The notes below the pieces were generated by a model. It was not told the DNA's origin. It did no database searches and saw nothing but the letters and a program-made list of their open reading frames with translations. Made by a program: the position numbers and the translations under genes. Positions 39,236-52,191 of a stretch of 64,000 bases of DNA are shown here, one piece after another; positions within the stretch are counted from its first letter, which is position 1, and the number at the start of each line of letters is the position of its first letter. This stretch comes from Chiloscyllium plagiosum (taxonomy: Eukaryota): NCBI RefSeq assembly GCF_004010195.1, contig NC_057718.1:104268616-104332615 (forward strand), given 5' to 3'.

Positions 39236-42078
39236 CTGCAGCAAACAGAAACCCGCTTCCCGTTACAGAGACCCCGAGGCCTGTTACAGAGACCCCAGGG
39301 CCTGTTACAGAGACCCCAGGGTCTGTTACAGAGACCCCAGGCCTGTTACAGAGACCATGGAGTCTGTTACAGAGACCCCGAGGCCTGTTACAGAGACCCC
39401 GGAGTCTGTTACAGAGACCCCGAGGCCTGTTACAGAGACCCCAGGGACCTGTTACAGACACCACAGGGACCTGTTACAGAGACCCCAGAGCCTGTTACAG
39501 AGACCCCGGAGCCTATTACAGAGACCCCGGAGCCTGTTTCAGAGACCCCAGGGTCTGTTACAGAGACCCCAGGCCTGTTACAGAGACCATGGAGTCTGTT
39601 ACAGAGACCCCGAGGCCTGTTACAGAGACCCCGGAGTCTGTTACAGAGACCCCGAGGCCTGTTACAGAGACCCCAGGGACCTGTTACAGCGACCCCAGGG
39701 CCTGTTACAGAGACCCCAGAGCCAGTTACAGAGACCCCGGAGCCTGTTACAGAGACCCCAGGGTCTGTTACAGAGACCCCAGGCCTGTTACAGAGACCAT
39801 GGAGTCTGTTACAGAGACCCCGAGGCCTGTTACAGAGACCCCTAGTCTGTTACAGAGACCCCGAGGCCTGTTACAGAGACCCCAGGGACCTGTTACAGAG
39901 ACCCCAGAGCCTGTTACAGAGACCCCGGAGTGTGTTACAGAGACCCCAGGGGCCTGTTACAGAGACCCCAGGGGCCTGTTACAGAGACCCCAGAGTCTGT
40001 TACAGAGACCCCAGGGCCTATTACAGATACCCCCGGGCCTGTTACAGAAACCCCTGGGCCTGTTACAGAGACCCCAGGGCCTATTACAGAGAACCCGGGC
40101 CTGTTACAGAGACCCCGGGGCCTGTTACAGAGACCCTGAGCTGTTTTACAGAGACCCCAGGGCCTATTACAGAGACCCCAGAGCCTGTTACAGAGACCCC
40201 AGGGCCTGTTACAGAGACCCCAGGGCCTATTACAGAGACCCCGGGGCCTATTACAGAGACCCCTGGGTCTGTTACAGAGACCCCAGGGCCTATTACAGAG
40301 ACCCCGGGGCCTATTACAGAGACCCCGGGCTGTGTTACAGAGACCCCAGGGCCTATTACAGAGACCCCAGAGCCTGTTACAGAGACCCCGGGGCGTATTA
40401 CAGAGACCCCAAGGGCGTATTACAGAGACCCCTGGGCCTGTTACAGAGACCCCAGGGCCTGTTACAGAGACCCCAGGGCCTGTTAGAGACCCCAGGGCCT
40501 GTTACAGAGACCCCAGGGGCCTGTTACAGAGACCGTGGGGCCTGTTACAGAGACCCCAGGGCCTGTTACAGAGACCCCAGGGCCTATTACAGAGACCCCC
40601 GGTCCTGTTACAGAGACCCCAGGGCCTATTACAGAGACCCCAGGGACCTGTTACAGAGACCCCAGGGGCCTGTTACAGAGACAGCGGGGCCTGTTACAGA
40701 GACCCCAGGGCCTGTTACAGAGACCCCAGGGCCTATTACAGAGACCCCCGGTCCTGTTACAGAGACCCCGGGGCCTATTACAGAGACCACAGGGCCTATT
40801 ACAGAGACCCCAGGGGCCTATTACAGAGACCCCTGGGACCTGTTACAGAGACCCCAGGGACCTGTTACAGAGACCCCAGGGACCTGTTACGGAGACCCCG
40901 GGGCCTGTTACAGAGACCCCGGTGCCTGTTACAGAGACCCCAGGGCCTATTACAGAGACCCCAGGGCCTGTTACAGAGACCCAGGGCCAATTACAGAGCC
41001 CCCAGAGCCCGTTACAGATACCCCAGGGCCTGTTACAGAGACCCCAGAGCCCATTATAGAGAACCCAGGGCCTGTTACAGAGACCCCAGGGACCTGTTAC
41101 AGAGATCCCGGGCCTGTTAGAGAGACCCAAGGGCCTGTTACAGAGACCCAAGGGCCTGTTACAGAGACCCCAGAGACCTGTTACAAAGACCCCAGAGCCC
41201 GTTACAGAGACCCAAGGGCCTGATACAGAGACTCCACGGCCTGTTACAGAGACCCCAGGGCCTATTACAGAGACCCCAGGGACCTGTTACAGAGACCCCG
41301 GGGCCTGTTACAGAGACCCCCGGGCCTATTACAGAGACCCCAGGGACTGTTACAGAGACAGCGGGGCCTGTTACAGAGACCCCAGGGCCCGTTACAGAGA
41401 CCCCAGGGCCTATTACAGAGACCCCCGGTCCTGTTACAGAGACCCCGGGGCCTATTACAGAGACCACAGGGCCTATTACAGAGACCCCAGGGGCCTATTA
41501 CAGAGACCCCTGGGACCTGTTACAGAGACCCCAGGGACCTGTTACAGAGACCCCAGGGACCTGTTACAGAGACCCCGGGGCCTGTTACAGAGACCCCGGT
41601 GCCTGTTACAGAGACCCCAGGGCCCATTACAGAGACCCCAGGGCCCGTTACAGAGACCCCCGGGCCTGTTACAGAGACCCAAGGGCCTGTTACAGAGACC
41701 CCGGGGCCTGTTACAGAGACCCCAGAGCCCGTTACAGAGACCCAAGGGCCTGATACAAAGACTCCACGGCCTGTTACAGAGACCCCCGGGCCTGTTAGAG
41801 AGACCCCAGGGCCTATTACAGAGACCCCAGGGCCTGTTACAGAGACCCCAGGGACCTGTTACAGAGACCCCAGGGCCTGATACAGAGACTCCAGGGCCTG
41901 TTAGAGAGACCCCAGGGCCTATTACAGAGACCCCGGGGCCTGTTACAGAGACCACAGGACCTGATACAGAGACCTCAGGGCCTGTTACAGAGACCCAGGG
42001 CCTGTTACAGAGACCCCCAGGGCCCGTTACAGAGCCCCCAGAGCCCGTTACAGAGACCCCAGAGCCTGTTACAGAGAC

Positions 42079-42548
42079 GGAGAAAGTGAGGTCTGCAGAT
42101 GCTGGAGATCAGAGCTGAAAATGTGTTGCTGGAAAAGCGCAGCAGGTCAGGCAGCATCCAGGGAACAGGAGAATCGACGTTTCGGGCATAAGACCTTCTT
42201 CAGGAATGAGATGACCTGGGGGGTGCAGTGAGAGAGAGACTCACTGAAATCTTTGTAGAAGGAGGAAGAGAGCTTCTTCAAGGAAGGCATCCTTGTAAGA
42301 GGATTCGCAGTAGGTTGAAATCTTTGAGGAGAAAGTGAGGTCTGCAGATGCTGGAGATCAGAGCTGAAAATGTGTTGCTGGAAAAGCGCAGCAAGTCAGT
42401 CAGCATCCAGGGAACAGGAGAATCGACGTTTCGGGCATAAGCCCTTCTTCAGGAATCCTGAAGAAGGGCTTATGCCCGAAACGTCGATTCTCCTGTTCTC
42501 CGGATGCTGCCTGACCTGCTGCGCTTTTCCAGCAACACATTTTCAGCG
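42079..42548 (-). mobile_element. Internally deleted mini-PLE (family B): two direct terminal repeats, ~120-bp spacer, plus an inverted terminal copy
   Basis: 42079-42207 is repeated at 42328-42456; 42454-42548 is the inverted copy; three hammerhead motifs. Confidence 0.88.
42454..42489 (+). ncRNA. Minimal type I hammerhead motif (family B), intact
   Basis: aatc CTGAAGA a gggc ttat gccc GAA ACGT C gatt; minus-strand copies at 42421-42456 and 42172-42207. Confidence 0.82.
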
Positions 42549-42663
42549 CTGTTACAGAGACACCAGGGCCTGTTACAGAGACCCCGGGGCCTGTTACAGA
42601 GACCCCAGATCCCATTACAGAGCCCCCAGAGCCCGTTACAGAGACCCCAGGGCCTGGTAAAGA

Positions 42664-42902
42664 GAAACTTTATTGCTGGAACAGCACAGCAGGTCAGGCA
42701 GCATCCAGGGAACAGGAGATTCGACGTTTCGGGCACAGGCCCTTCTTCAGGAATGAGCAGAGAGTGTTCAGCAGGAGAAGATAAAAGGTAGGGAGGAGGG
42801 ACTTGGAGGAGGGGAGTTGGAAATGTGATAGGTGGAAAGAGGTCAAGGTGAGGGTGATAGGTCGGAGTAGGGTGGAGGCTGAGAGGTCAAGAAGAAGACT
42901 GC
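42664..42902 (-). mobile_element. PLE family B terminal repeat (left inverted arm of the 3.2-kb insertion)
   Basis: 42664-42761 is the exact reverse complement of 45737-45834; hammerhead at 42719-42754 (-). Confidence 0.88.
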
Positions 42903-43594
42903 ACTTTATCCTTTATGAGGTAAAGGAACGAGAGGCGGAGAAAACTTTGAGCAAGAGCCTGCTTGCTTGCTTTCTGTAACTGAACCTAGAACATAGCATT
43001 AGAGCTGGCAGCATCTGTGAAGAGAAACGTTTTGGGTCGACTGAGCCTCAGAACCCACAGATGCTACCATACCAGCAGAGTCTCTCCAACAATTTCTGTT
43101 TTTGTTTCTGATTTACAGCAGCCGCAGTTCTTTTGGCTTTTAACATATCATTAGGACTTGACAGAAATGTGGATGTAACAGCCCACAAGCTGCATCTTCT
43201 AACAGCCACACTGTAGGTATTTAGAACAATGAAAGGATCTTACACACATTACTGAAGCTAAGCTCCCAGCATCATAAGCCTTCACAAGCCATCAGCATTG
43301 AATAGTTCTTTGCGGAGATTAAACAAATGACTTATTTGTCTGACAGATGTTGTGCTTTGAAAAATATTTGCATGCTTCAGCAAAGCACTCAGATTTTATT
43401 GGCCAACCAGTCACCCAGCTTTTCTGCTCCTTCCCTCTTTGTCAGCTGGAACTCAGTCAGTCACATTTGCTTGTAAAGTCAGGCTCATTTGGGAATTAAA
43501 ACACAACAGCGAATGCTGGAGATTGGAAACAAAACAGAAATTTCTGCAGAGACTCTGCTGATATGGTAGCATCTGTGAGAAGAAAGGACAGGAG

Positions 43595-45275
43595 TGGGAA
43601 TTTGTGCTTGGAGTCCGAGGAGATAGGAGAGGTGCTAAATGAATATTTTTCATTAGTATTTACACTGGAAAGAGACAATGTTGTTGAGGAGAACACTGAG
43701 GTACAGGCTATTAGATGAGATGGGACTGAGGTTCGTAAGGAGGAGGTGTTAGCAATTCTGGAAAGTGTGAAAATAGATAAGTCCCCTGGGCCGGATGTGA
43801 TTTATCCTCAGATTCTCTGGGAAGCCAGGAAGGAGATTGCAGAACATTTGGCTTTGATCTTTATGTCGTCATTGTCGACAGAAATTGTGCCAGAAGACTG
43901 GAAGATAGCAAATGTTGTCCCCTTGTTCAAGAAGGGGAGTAGAGACAACTTTGGTAATTATAGAGCAGTGAGCCTTACTTCAGTTGTGGGTAAAGTGCTG
44001 GAAAGAATTATAAGATATAGGATTTATTATTAACTAGAAAGGAACAATTTGATTAGGGATAGTCAACACAGTTTTGTGAAGGGCAGGTCGTGCCTCGCAA
44101 AGCTTATTGAGATGGTTGAGAAGATGAATGAGGGTATAGTGGTTGATGTGGTGTACATGGATTTCAGTAAAGCGTTTGATAAGGTTCCCCATGGTAAGCT
44201 GTTGCAGTAAATATGGAGGTATGGGATTGAGGGTGATTTAGTGGTATGAATCAGAAATTGGTTAGCTGAAAGAAGACAGAGAGTGGTGGTGGCAAATGTT
44301 CATCCTGGTGTTCAGTTATTAGTGGTATACCATAAGGATCTGTTTAGGGGCCACTGCTGTTTGTCATTTTTATACATGACCTGGATGATGGCGTAGAAGG
44401 ATGGGTTAGTAAATTTACAAATGACTCTAAGGTCGGTCGAGCTGTGGACAGTGCTGAAGGATATTGCTGCTTACAGAGGGACATAGATAAGCTGCAGAGT
44501 TGGGCTGAAAGGTGGCAAATGGAGTTTAATGCAGAAAAGTGTGAGGTGATTCATTTTGGAAGAAGTAACAGTAATACAGAGTACTGGGGTAATGGTAAGG
44601 TTCTTGCAGTGTGGATGAGCAGAAAGATCTCCGTGTCCATGTACATAGATCCCTGAAAGTTGCCACCCAGGTTAATAGGATTGTTAAGAAGGCATATGAA
44701 CCATGGGGTTATGTTGCAGCTGTAGGAAACTATGGTGTGGCCGCACTTGGAGTATTGCGTACAGTTCTGGTTACCACATTATAGGAAGGATGTGTAAGTT
44801 TTGGAAAAGATGCAGAGGAGATTTATGAGGATATTGTCTGGTATGGAAGGAAGGTCTTCTGAGGAAAGACTGAGTGACCTGAGGCTGTTTTCGTTAGAAG
44901 GAAGAGGTTGAGAGGTGACTTAATAGAGATGTGAAAGATGATCAGAGGATTAGATAGTGTTAGCAGAGAGAGACGTTTTCCTCGGATAGTGATGGCTAGC
45001 ATGAGAGGACATAGCTTTAAATTGAGCGGTGATAGATATAGGACAGATGTCAGAGGGGTAGTTTCTTTACTCAGAGAGTAGTAATGGCGTGAAACTCCCT
45101 GCCTGCAACTGTAGTAGACTCACCGACTTTAATGTCTTTTTAAATGGCCATTGGATAAACATATGGATGATAATGCAACAATGCAGGTTAGTTCAGCTTC
45201 AGGCTGGTTTCACAGGTCAGCACAACATTGAGGGTCAGAGAGCCTGGACTGTGCTGTAATGTTCTGTGTTCTTTG
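43595..45275 (+). mobile_element. Decayed CR1 LINE (RT to 3' end), many stops and frameshifts
   Basis: KSPGPDVIYP, NYRAVSLTSVVGK, DFSKAFDKVPH, WQMEFNAEKC. Confidence 0.93.
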
Positions 45276-45399
45276 AAAGCAAGATAATATTTCGAGTCTG
45301 GCGATTCTTCATCAGAACTGTTAACAGCTCAGGAAAGGTGGTAATATATTGAAGTGACGTTTGTGGGAAGGGGTTGGTCTTGCACAAGGTGACTTACTT

Positions 45400-45728
45400 G
45401 CCGATTTACTTCCTCCAACCTCAGTATCCAAGGCCTCAGGCACACCTTCCAGGTGAAGCAGCAGCTTACCTGCACTTCTCTCAACTCATTTATTTCATTC
45501 ACTGCTCAGAATGTGGTCTCCTGTATATCGGGGGAGATGAAACACAGATTTGATGACCGCTTTGCTGAACACCTACACTCTGTCTGTAAAACATGACCCA
45601 GAGTTTCCCACTGCCTCCACTTCAACACACCACTGTGTTCCTACACCAACATTTCTGTCCCAGATCTGTTGCAGTGTTCCTTAACGCAAGTTCAAAGAAC
45701 AACACTTCATTTTCCACTTGGGGATTCT
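45400..45728 (+). mobile_element. Old Neptune-type PLE endonuclease remnant
   Basis: HTFQVKQQLTCTS...DRFAEHLHSV...HFNT...QHFIFHLGIL with frameshifts. Confidence 0.7.
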
Positions 45729-45736
45729 GTTTCTGT

Positions 45737-45873
45737 TCTGCTCATTCCTGAAGAAGGGCCTGTGCCCGAAACGTCGAATCTCCTGTTCCCTGGATGCTGC
45801 CTGACCTGCTGTGCTGTTCCAGCAATAAAGTTTCAACTTTGATCTCCAGCATCTGCAGACCTCACTTTCTCCT
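45737..45873 (+). mobile_element. PLE family B 3' terminus (right arm) with an intact hammerhead at 45744-45779
   Basis: attc CTGAAGA a gggc ctgt gccc GAA ACGT C gaat; ends ctcactttctcc. Confidence 0.88.
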
Positions 45874-46758
45874 GTTAAAGAGACCCCACAGCCAGTTATA
45901 GAGACCCCGGGGCCTGTTACAGAGACCCCAGGGACCTGTTACAGAGACCCCAGGGCCTGTTACAGAGACCCCCGGGCCTGTTACAGAGACCCAAGGGCCT
46001 GTTACAGAGACCCCAGGGACTGTTACAGAGACCCCCGGGCCTGTTACAGAGACTCCAGGGCCTGTTACAGAGACCCCAGGCCCTGTTACAGAGACCCCAG
46101 GGACTGTTACAGAGACCCCAGGGACTGTTACAGATTTCAAACAGCTCTTGGAGGAACAGCAATGGAGGAACAAGAAGAAGAGAGAAATACGAACTCTATG
46201 GCAGTAAAATCTTGCATCATCTTCAGTGTTTTAAGATGGTGCTAGAGTGTGGTGACACTTTGTGTATAACACACACAAAGAAACTTTTCATGTGTAATTT
46301 TATGTACATGTGACAATGAAGCTAAGTCCTTTTTAAATCCTCTGAGTGACAGGTTGCTATAAATGCAAATGAGTAATGTCCCAGTGAGGGAAACAGCTTC
46401 TGAATGAACAGGATAAATAACTGTATATCACATTATTCCTCTAGGGATGTGAATTCCTAGACTGTAAGCGAAGTGTCGATTACAGTGGGTAAATTGGATC
46501 AGTTACAGTTAAGAAATAAAGAAAGAAAGCTTAGATTAAGAAAGAGAACTTTGTAAAAAACTTATGTTTTCCATGCTTTTACACCCTGAACAATCACGGC
46601 CCAAAGGAATGAGGGTCCACACTTGTAATGATTAACTGTCCGGGTTATCGGTATTAATTGGCAGTAAGTATCAGTTATCACATCATTAAATGGAAATAAC
46701 AAGATCAAATGTCTCACGGTTACTGTATTAATAGAGCATCTTTACACCGTATATCACG

Positions 46759-47650
46759 AGGAGAAAGTGGGTACAGCAGATGTTGGAGATCAGAGTCAAA
46801 AAGTGTGCAGCTGGAAAAGCACAGCGAGGAGCAGGAGAGTCGACGTTTAGGGCATAAGCCCTTCATCAGGAATGAGAAGGTGGCCCAAGGGGGCTGAGAG
46901 ACAGGTCATGAGGGCAGTGCCAAGTTGGAAGGTTGGATCTGGGACATGATGGGGGGAGGGGAGATGAGGAAATTGGGGTTGAAGGGTCCTGAAGTGGAAG
47001 ATGAGGCAATCTTCCTCCAGGCATCGGATGGTTAGGGAGTGGCGATGGAGGAGGCCCAGAAATTGCATGTACTTGGTTGAGTGGGAGGGGGAGTTAAAGT
47101 GTTTGACCACCGGGCGATGGAGTTGTTTAGTGTGTCTGTCCTGTCTCCCCAATGTAGAGGACACCACATCGAGAGCAACGGACAGAGTAGATGAGGTGAT
47201 TGGATGTGCAGGAAAATCTCTGCCAGATGTGGAAGGATCCTTTGAGGCCTTGGACGGAGGTGAGGGGGGAGGTACGGGTGCAGGGTTTACACCTCATGCA
47301 GTGGCAGGGCAAGATGCCGGGAGGGGAGGGTGGGTTGGTGGGGGGCGTGGACGAGACGAGAGAGTCGCAGATGGAATGGTCTCTCCGGAATGCAGATAGA
47401 GGTGGGGAGAGAAATATATCCCGAGTGGTGGAGTCTGTTTGTAGGTAGCAGAGGATGATGCGATGTACCCGGAGGTTGGTGGGGTGAAAGGTGAGGACCG
47501 GGGGGGGGGTTATGTCCTTGTTGCCTTTGGAAGGGTGGGGTTTGAGGGCAGAGGTGCAGGAAGTGGAGGAGATGTGCTGGAGGGCATCATCGACCACGTG
47601 GGAAGGGAAGTTGTGGTCTTTGAAGGTAGAGACCATCTGGAATGTTCTGG
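46759..47650 (-). mobile_element. Neptune-type Penelope-like element 3' fragment (linker, Cys-rich region, GIY-YIG, pLTR)
   Basis: VLTFHPTN, PCHCMRCKPC, LIYSVRCSRCGVLYIGETG, PVVKHFNS, LIFHFRTLQP; hammerhead at ~46838-46873. Confidence 0.9.
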
Positions 47651-48770
47651 TGGATTTGCTCCTCCTGGATTCGGGAGTAAAGTATCGCGTTTTCACAGGA
47701 GGGGGGTGGGGCAGGCCGATGGTGAGCTGATCCATTCACAGAGTTAAAGTGAAGAGGGACACCTCAGATATAAGCTGTTGGATTGCCATGTTAACCTCAG
47801 ATCTACCCACAGCCAAAGCTGCTGTTAAAATCCACATGCATAATGACAAGCACTGCTAGCCTCGCTATAATTTTGGCAGCATGTTACAGGCCAAAACGTT
47901 CTTCTGCTCTGGAACTCTGATGTAGTCAACAGTGTGCGGTCAATCCCTGCACCAGCTGAAGGACTCTCCATATCAACCTCTCCCCTCACCGGACGCATGA
48001 TAACCCTCAGGTTAAACCACCACCAGGTGTCTCTCCCTCCCTCTCTCTCTCTCTCTCTCTCTTTATAATGAGTGAGTCGCCCACTTGGATTCTGGTGCCT
48101 TTACTTTTATTTACAGATTGAGTACTACCCACCCCCTAACTCATGCATTTCCCCCAAATTCTCCAACCATTCTTAGGTGAAGACGGTGAGGGAGGGGTGA
48201 TTGAATATTTTTAAGACAGAGGCTAATAGATTCTAATTAGACAGGAGATCAAAAGTTATGGGATAGAATGAGGAATTCAGGGCACAACCCGTTCAGCCAC
48301 AATCTTATTGAGTATAGGAGCTGGATCAAGGGGCTGAATGGTCTACTCTATTCCCATTTCACGTGTTTCTATGCAGGTGCAGTGAGGCAGCTTCTCTCTC
48401 GTCTTTAACTAGAGAGGTTGACATTTAGGAATTAGCTATTATTTCATTGTGAAAAAGGAACCACTAATTCCCAGCTGGAGGTATCTGCAGTGAGTTTAGT
48501 TTGTATCCGCTGTTTAAATACAGAGAGTTCAGGCCAATCAGGCTGATGTGGTTTTTGTGAAGCAACTGCACATTCTGATCTCGCTGTCTAACTGTGTGCC
48601 AGCCTCTCACTGAAGTGGGCCTGGCACTTACACCTCAACAACAGAGAGTGCCATTTTAATGTTGAAAACTGCCCTGGAAGGTCTTGTCCAGCCAGTTGCT
48701 ACGTCGGATTAACATGGACTTTGGGCGCCACTTGCTGGTCACTTTGAGCAAACGCAGATTGTAAAAATAC

Positions 48771-48975
48771 AAAGTTAAAAATCACACAACACCAGGTTAT
48801 AGTCCAACAGGTTAACAGTAATTGGAAGCACTAGCTTTCAGTACACTACCACCCTGATGAAGGAGCAGCGCTCCGAAAGCTAATGTGCTTCCAATTAAAC
48901 CTGTTGGACTATAACCTGGTGTTGTGTGATTTTTAATTTTGTACACCCCAGTCCAAAACTGGCCCCTCCAGATCA
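48771..48975. mobile_element. Fold-back PLE insertion (family C)
   Basis: Inverted arms; CTGATGA a ggagc agc gctcc GAA AGCT A at 48854. Confidence 0.83.
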
Positions 48976-49629
48976 TAAAAAAAACAAGGTTTTCATTTGT
49001 GTTTATTCAATGATCATTTTAATCCATTTTTATTAAGTCTAGTAGATTAAAGAAAAGCTACAGATGCTGTAGTGATGATTTACTTGAAAGATAGAAAACT
49101 CTGACTGTAAGTGTGGTACTTAATACCCTCCTCAAGGGCAGTTTGGTCTGAGGGGTGGGGGGCCTGCTTAGAGACACACCTTCATGGCTCTTGCTGCGAA
49201 CACCCCATTGAGCTCACACCCTGTGACTCTACCCTGTAGACCCCCTTCCTGCTATCACTCATCAACAGCCTGGGATTCTGTGACAACCCTAGGGCTCACC
49301 AGGGCAGTTGAGGTGGGGGGGGGCAATGTTGGCGGTGGTAGTGTAAGGGGGTGGGGTGGTGGTGGAGGGAGGGGGTGGGCAAGGGTATGCCCTTGACCCC
49401 GGGAAAGGCAAGTCAAGCACCTGAGAGAGACACACCGTGTGCCAGCATCTTGAGAAGGAGCAACACAGGGCTCAGGCAACCCCTCAAAATTCCATTAAAT
49501 AATCACTCTGAGACAACCTGTGGCTTCACCATTCCCCACCACACCCGCCCCCCCCCCCACTCCCTGCTCTTCCCTCAGAGCCAGAGGCTAGAACACTGGG
49601 GTAGCATGAAACTTGAAATAATTGTAACC

Positions 49630-50670
49630 TGTGCGGAGGAAGGTGGGGAACTCCAAAAGGACATTGCCAAGTTGGTGGAGTGGGAGAGTAGGTAGCAGAT
49701 GTGGTTTGATCCGGAGAAGGGGGAGGTGATGTAATTTGGGAGAAAGTAAACAGAAGAGGGACCTGGGGGTCTCTGTGCACAGAACATTGAAAGTGGCAGG
49801 AAGGTGGAGAGAACAGCAAGTAAAGCTGAGAGTGTCCTTGGCTTTAGTAATCTTGGCCTAGAGTACAAGAGCAAGGATTGGGTAGGGTACTACGTATAGT
49901 TGTAAATGTCACATTGTAATAAAGATGTGAACACATTGGAGACAGGACAGGAACAATTTACAAGAATGGTCTATGGATGAGAACCCTCAGAAATGAGGAT
50001 GGCTTGAAGAGGGTGGGACTGTTCTACATGGAGAGGAGAAGGCTGATAGGAGATTTGATGGATGTTTCTGAAATCAGGAGTGGGATGGACAGAGTCGTCA
50101 TAGAGATGTACAGCATCCCAACCCAATCTAGTCCCACCTGCCAGTACCAGGCCCATATCCCTCCAAACCCTTCCTATTCAAGATCCTGTTGTAATCTAAG
50201 GTAACCCTCTTCGCTGTCCACTGCATCTCCAATTTTGATGTCATCTGCAAACTTACTAATTATACCTCTTATGCTCACATCCAAATCATTTATATAAATG
50301 ACGAAAAGTAATGGACCCAGCACCGATCCTTGTGGCACTCCACTGGTCACAGGCCTCCAGTCTGAAAAACACCACCACCCTCTGTCTTCTACCTTTGAGC
50401 CAGTTCTGTATTCAAATGGCTAGTTCTCCCTGTATTCCATGAGATCTAACCTTGCTAATCAGTCTCCCATGGGGAACCTTGTCGAACGCCTTACTGAAGT
50501 CCATATAGATCACGTCCACCGCTCTGCCCTCATCAATCCTATAAGGAGACACTGTTCCTGCTTTGAAAGGATTAAAATAACAAGAAGATGTAAAGGTAAA
50601 GTGATGTGCAAATGTAGGAAGTGTGACATGAGGTAAAGCTTTCTTACCCAGCGAAAATACACTGTCTGGA
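49630..50670 (+). mobile_element. Old CR1 fragment with a younger, internally deleted minus-strand CR1 nested at 50095-50538
   Basis: LQKDIAKLVEW, RRRLIGDL; the nested part matches 8186-9256. Confidence 0.75.
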
Positions 50671-50671
50671 A

Positions 50672-51693
50672 ATCTGCCTATCGGACCAACAGATCCATAT
50701 CACATGCCCTTTCATTCCTCCCTAGAACATCTTGACACCAAGAACAGCTACTTAAGAATCCTACTCATTGACTACAATTCAACCTTCAACACTATTATCC
50801 CCTCGAGACTGATTACTAAACTTAGTGATCTCGGACTAAGCCCCACTCTCTGCAACTGGATCCTCAGTTCCCTGACCCACAATCAGTGAAGATTGGGGAC
50901 AATATTTCATCGTCACTAACACGCAACACTGGAGCCGCCCAGGGGTGTGTACTCAGCCCCCTACTGTACTCACTGTTTACCCATGACTGCATCGCCAAAT
51001 ACAAGACTAATGCCATTTACAAGTTCACTAATGACATAGTCGGTCGAATCACAGGTGGCAAAGAAACAGTTTACAGATGGGATGTGGAAGACCTGGAAAA
51101 ATGGTGCATTGAGAACAACCTAGCTCTCAACGCCGGCAAAACTAAGGAACTCATTATTGTCTTTCAGCAGGATGTTACTCATGCCCCGCTACACATTAAC
51201 AGCACAGAGGTGGGATGAGTGGAGAGTGTCAAGCTCCTGGGAGCGGTCATCCACAACAAGCTTTCTTGGACTCTTCATGTGGACGCACTGGTTACAAAGG
51301 CCCAGCAACGTCTCTTCTTCCTCAGGCAGCTGGGGAGATTTGGCATGATGGTGAATACCCTCACCAACTTTTATAGGTGCGCCATCGAGAGCATTCTGTC
51401 TGGATGTATTACTACTTGGTATGGCAACTGTACCATTCAAGATCAGAGATGGTTACAGAGAGTGGTGAACTCGGCCCGGACGTTTCTACCCTACTGTTGT
51501 TAGAATACTGAATGGACTCTCAAACTCTTAACATTTGCCTGTACCTGTGTTTTTGTTTTTGCTGCTGTTTACCTGTTATTTACTTATCAATGTTACTTAA
51601 CTCTGTGATCTGCCTGTATTGCTCACAAGACAAAGCTTTTCACTGTGTCTCGGTACACGTAACTTTAAAGTCAATTCAATTCAATTCAATTCA
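50672..51693 (+). mobile_element. Rex1/Babar-type LINE RT fragment
   Basis: [72 protein letters not shown]; (caatt)n tail. Confidence 0.88.
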
Positions 51694-51983
51694 AATGTGG
51701 GGAAGGCAGGTTCAATTGAGACATTCAAGAGGAGCATTGGATGATTATTTGGATAATGCTCAGGGATATGCGGAAAAGGTAGGAGATTGGCATAGAGTAA
51801 TAGAACCAGTGCAAGCTCAATGGGCTGAATGGCCTCCTTCTGTGTTTCACGGGCTTGGGTTAAAGGGTTGGCCATTTTGGACTGAGATGCGGAGTCATTT
51901 CTTCAGTCAGTGGATGGTAAATCTTGAATTCCCCACACAGAGCACTCTGGAGGTTCAGTTAGTGTTCAATGGATTTTCGAGTA

Positions 51984-52191
51984 CAGGGGGTCCCTGATTC
52001 ATGAGCATCTGACTTCACGAAAACTTGTACAAACACAATCCCAAACAGAAATATAATTTTAAAGACCTGACATATGAACATTTCCTATACTTACAAGTGT
52101 CTTATTTGGTATTGTAATCCAACTGGAACACAAATTGATGGATAAGTGGACTCCGGAATGGAACCCATTCATAAGCCAGAGACTGCCTTTA
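51984..52191. mobile_element. Possible Tigger/pogo-like MITE relic
   Basis: TA-flanked imperfect terminal inverted repeats cagggggtccctgattcatga / ttcataagccagagactgcctt. Confidence 0.4.

Larger units (their letters stand above)
39260..46135. repeat. 20-22-bp minisatellite (cctgttacagagaccccaggg) in three blocks: 39260-42078, 42549-42663, 45871-46135
   Basis: Direct inspection; the blocks are separated by PLE-bounded insertions. Confidence 0.97.

Noticed and set aside
38965..41223. 752-aa mucin-like (PVTETPG) ORF
   Set aside because: Minisatellite with 20-22-bp units that constantly shift frame; no evidence of frame preservation.
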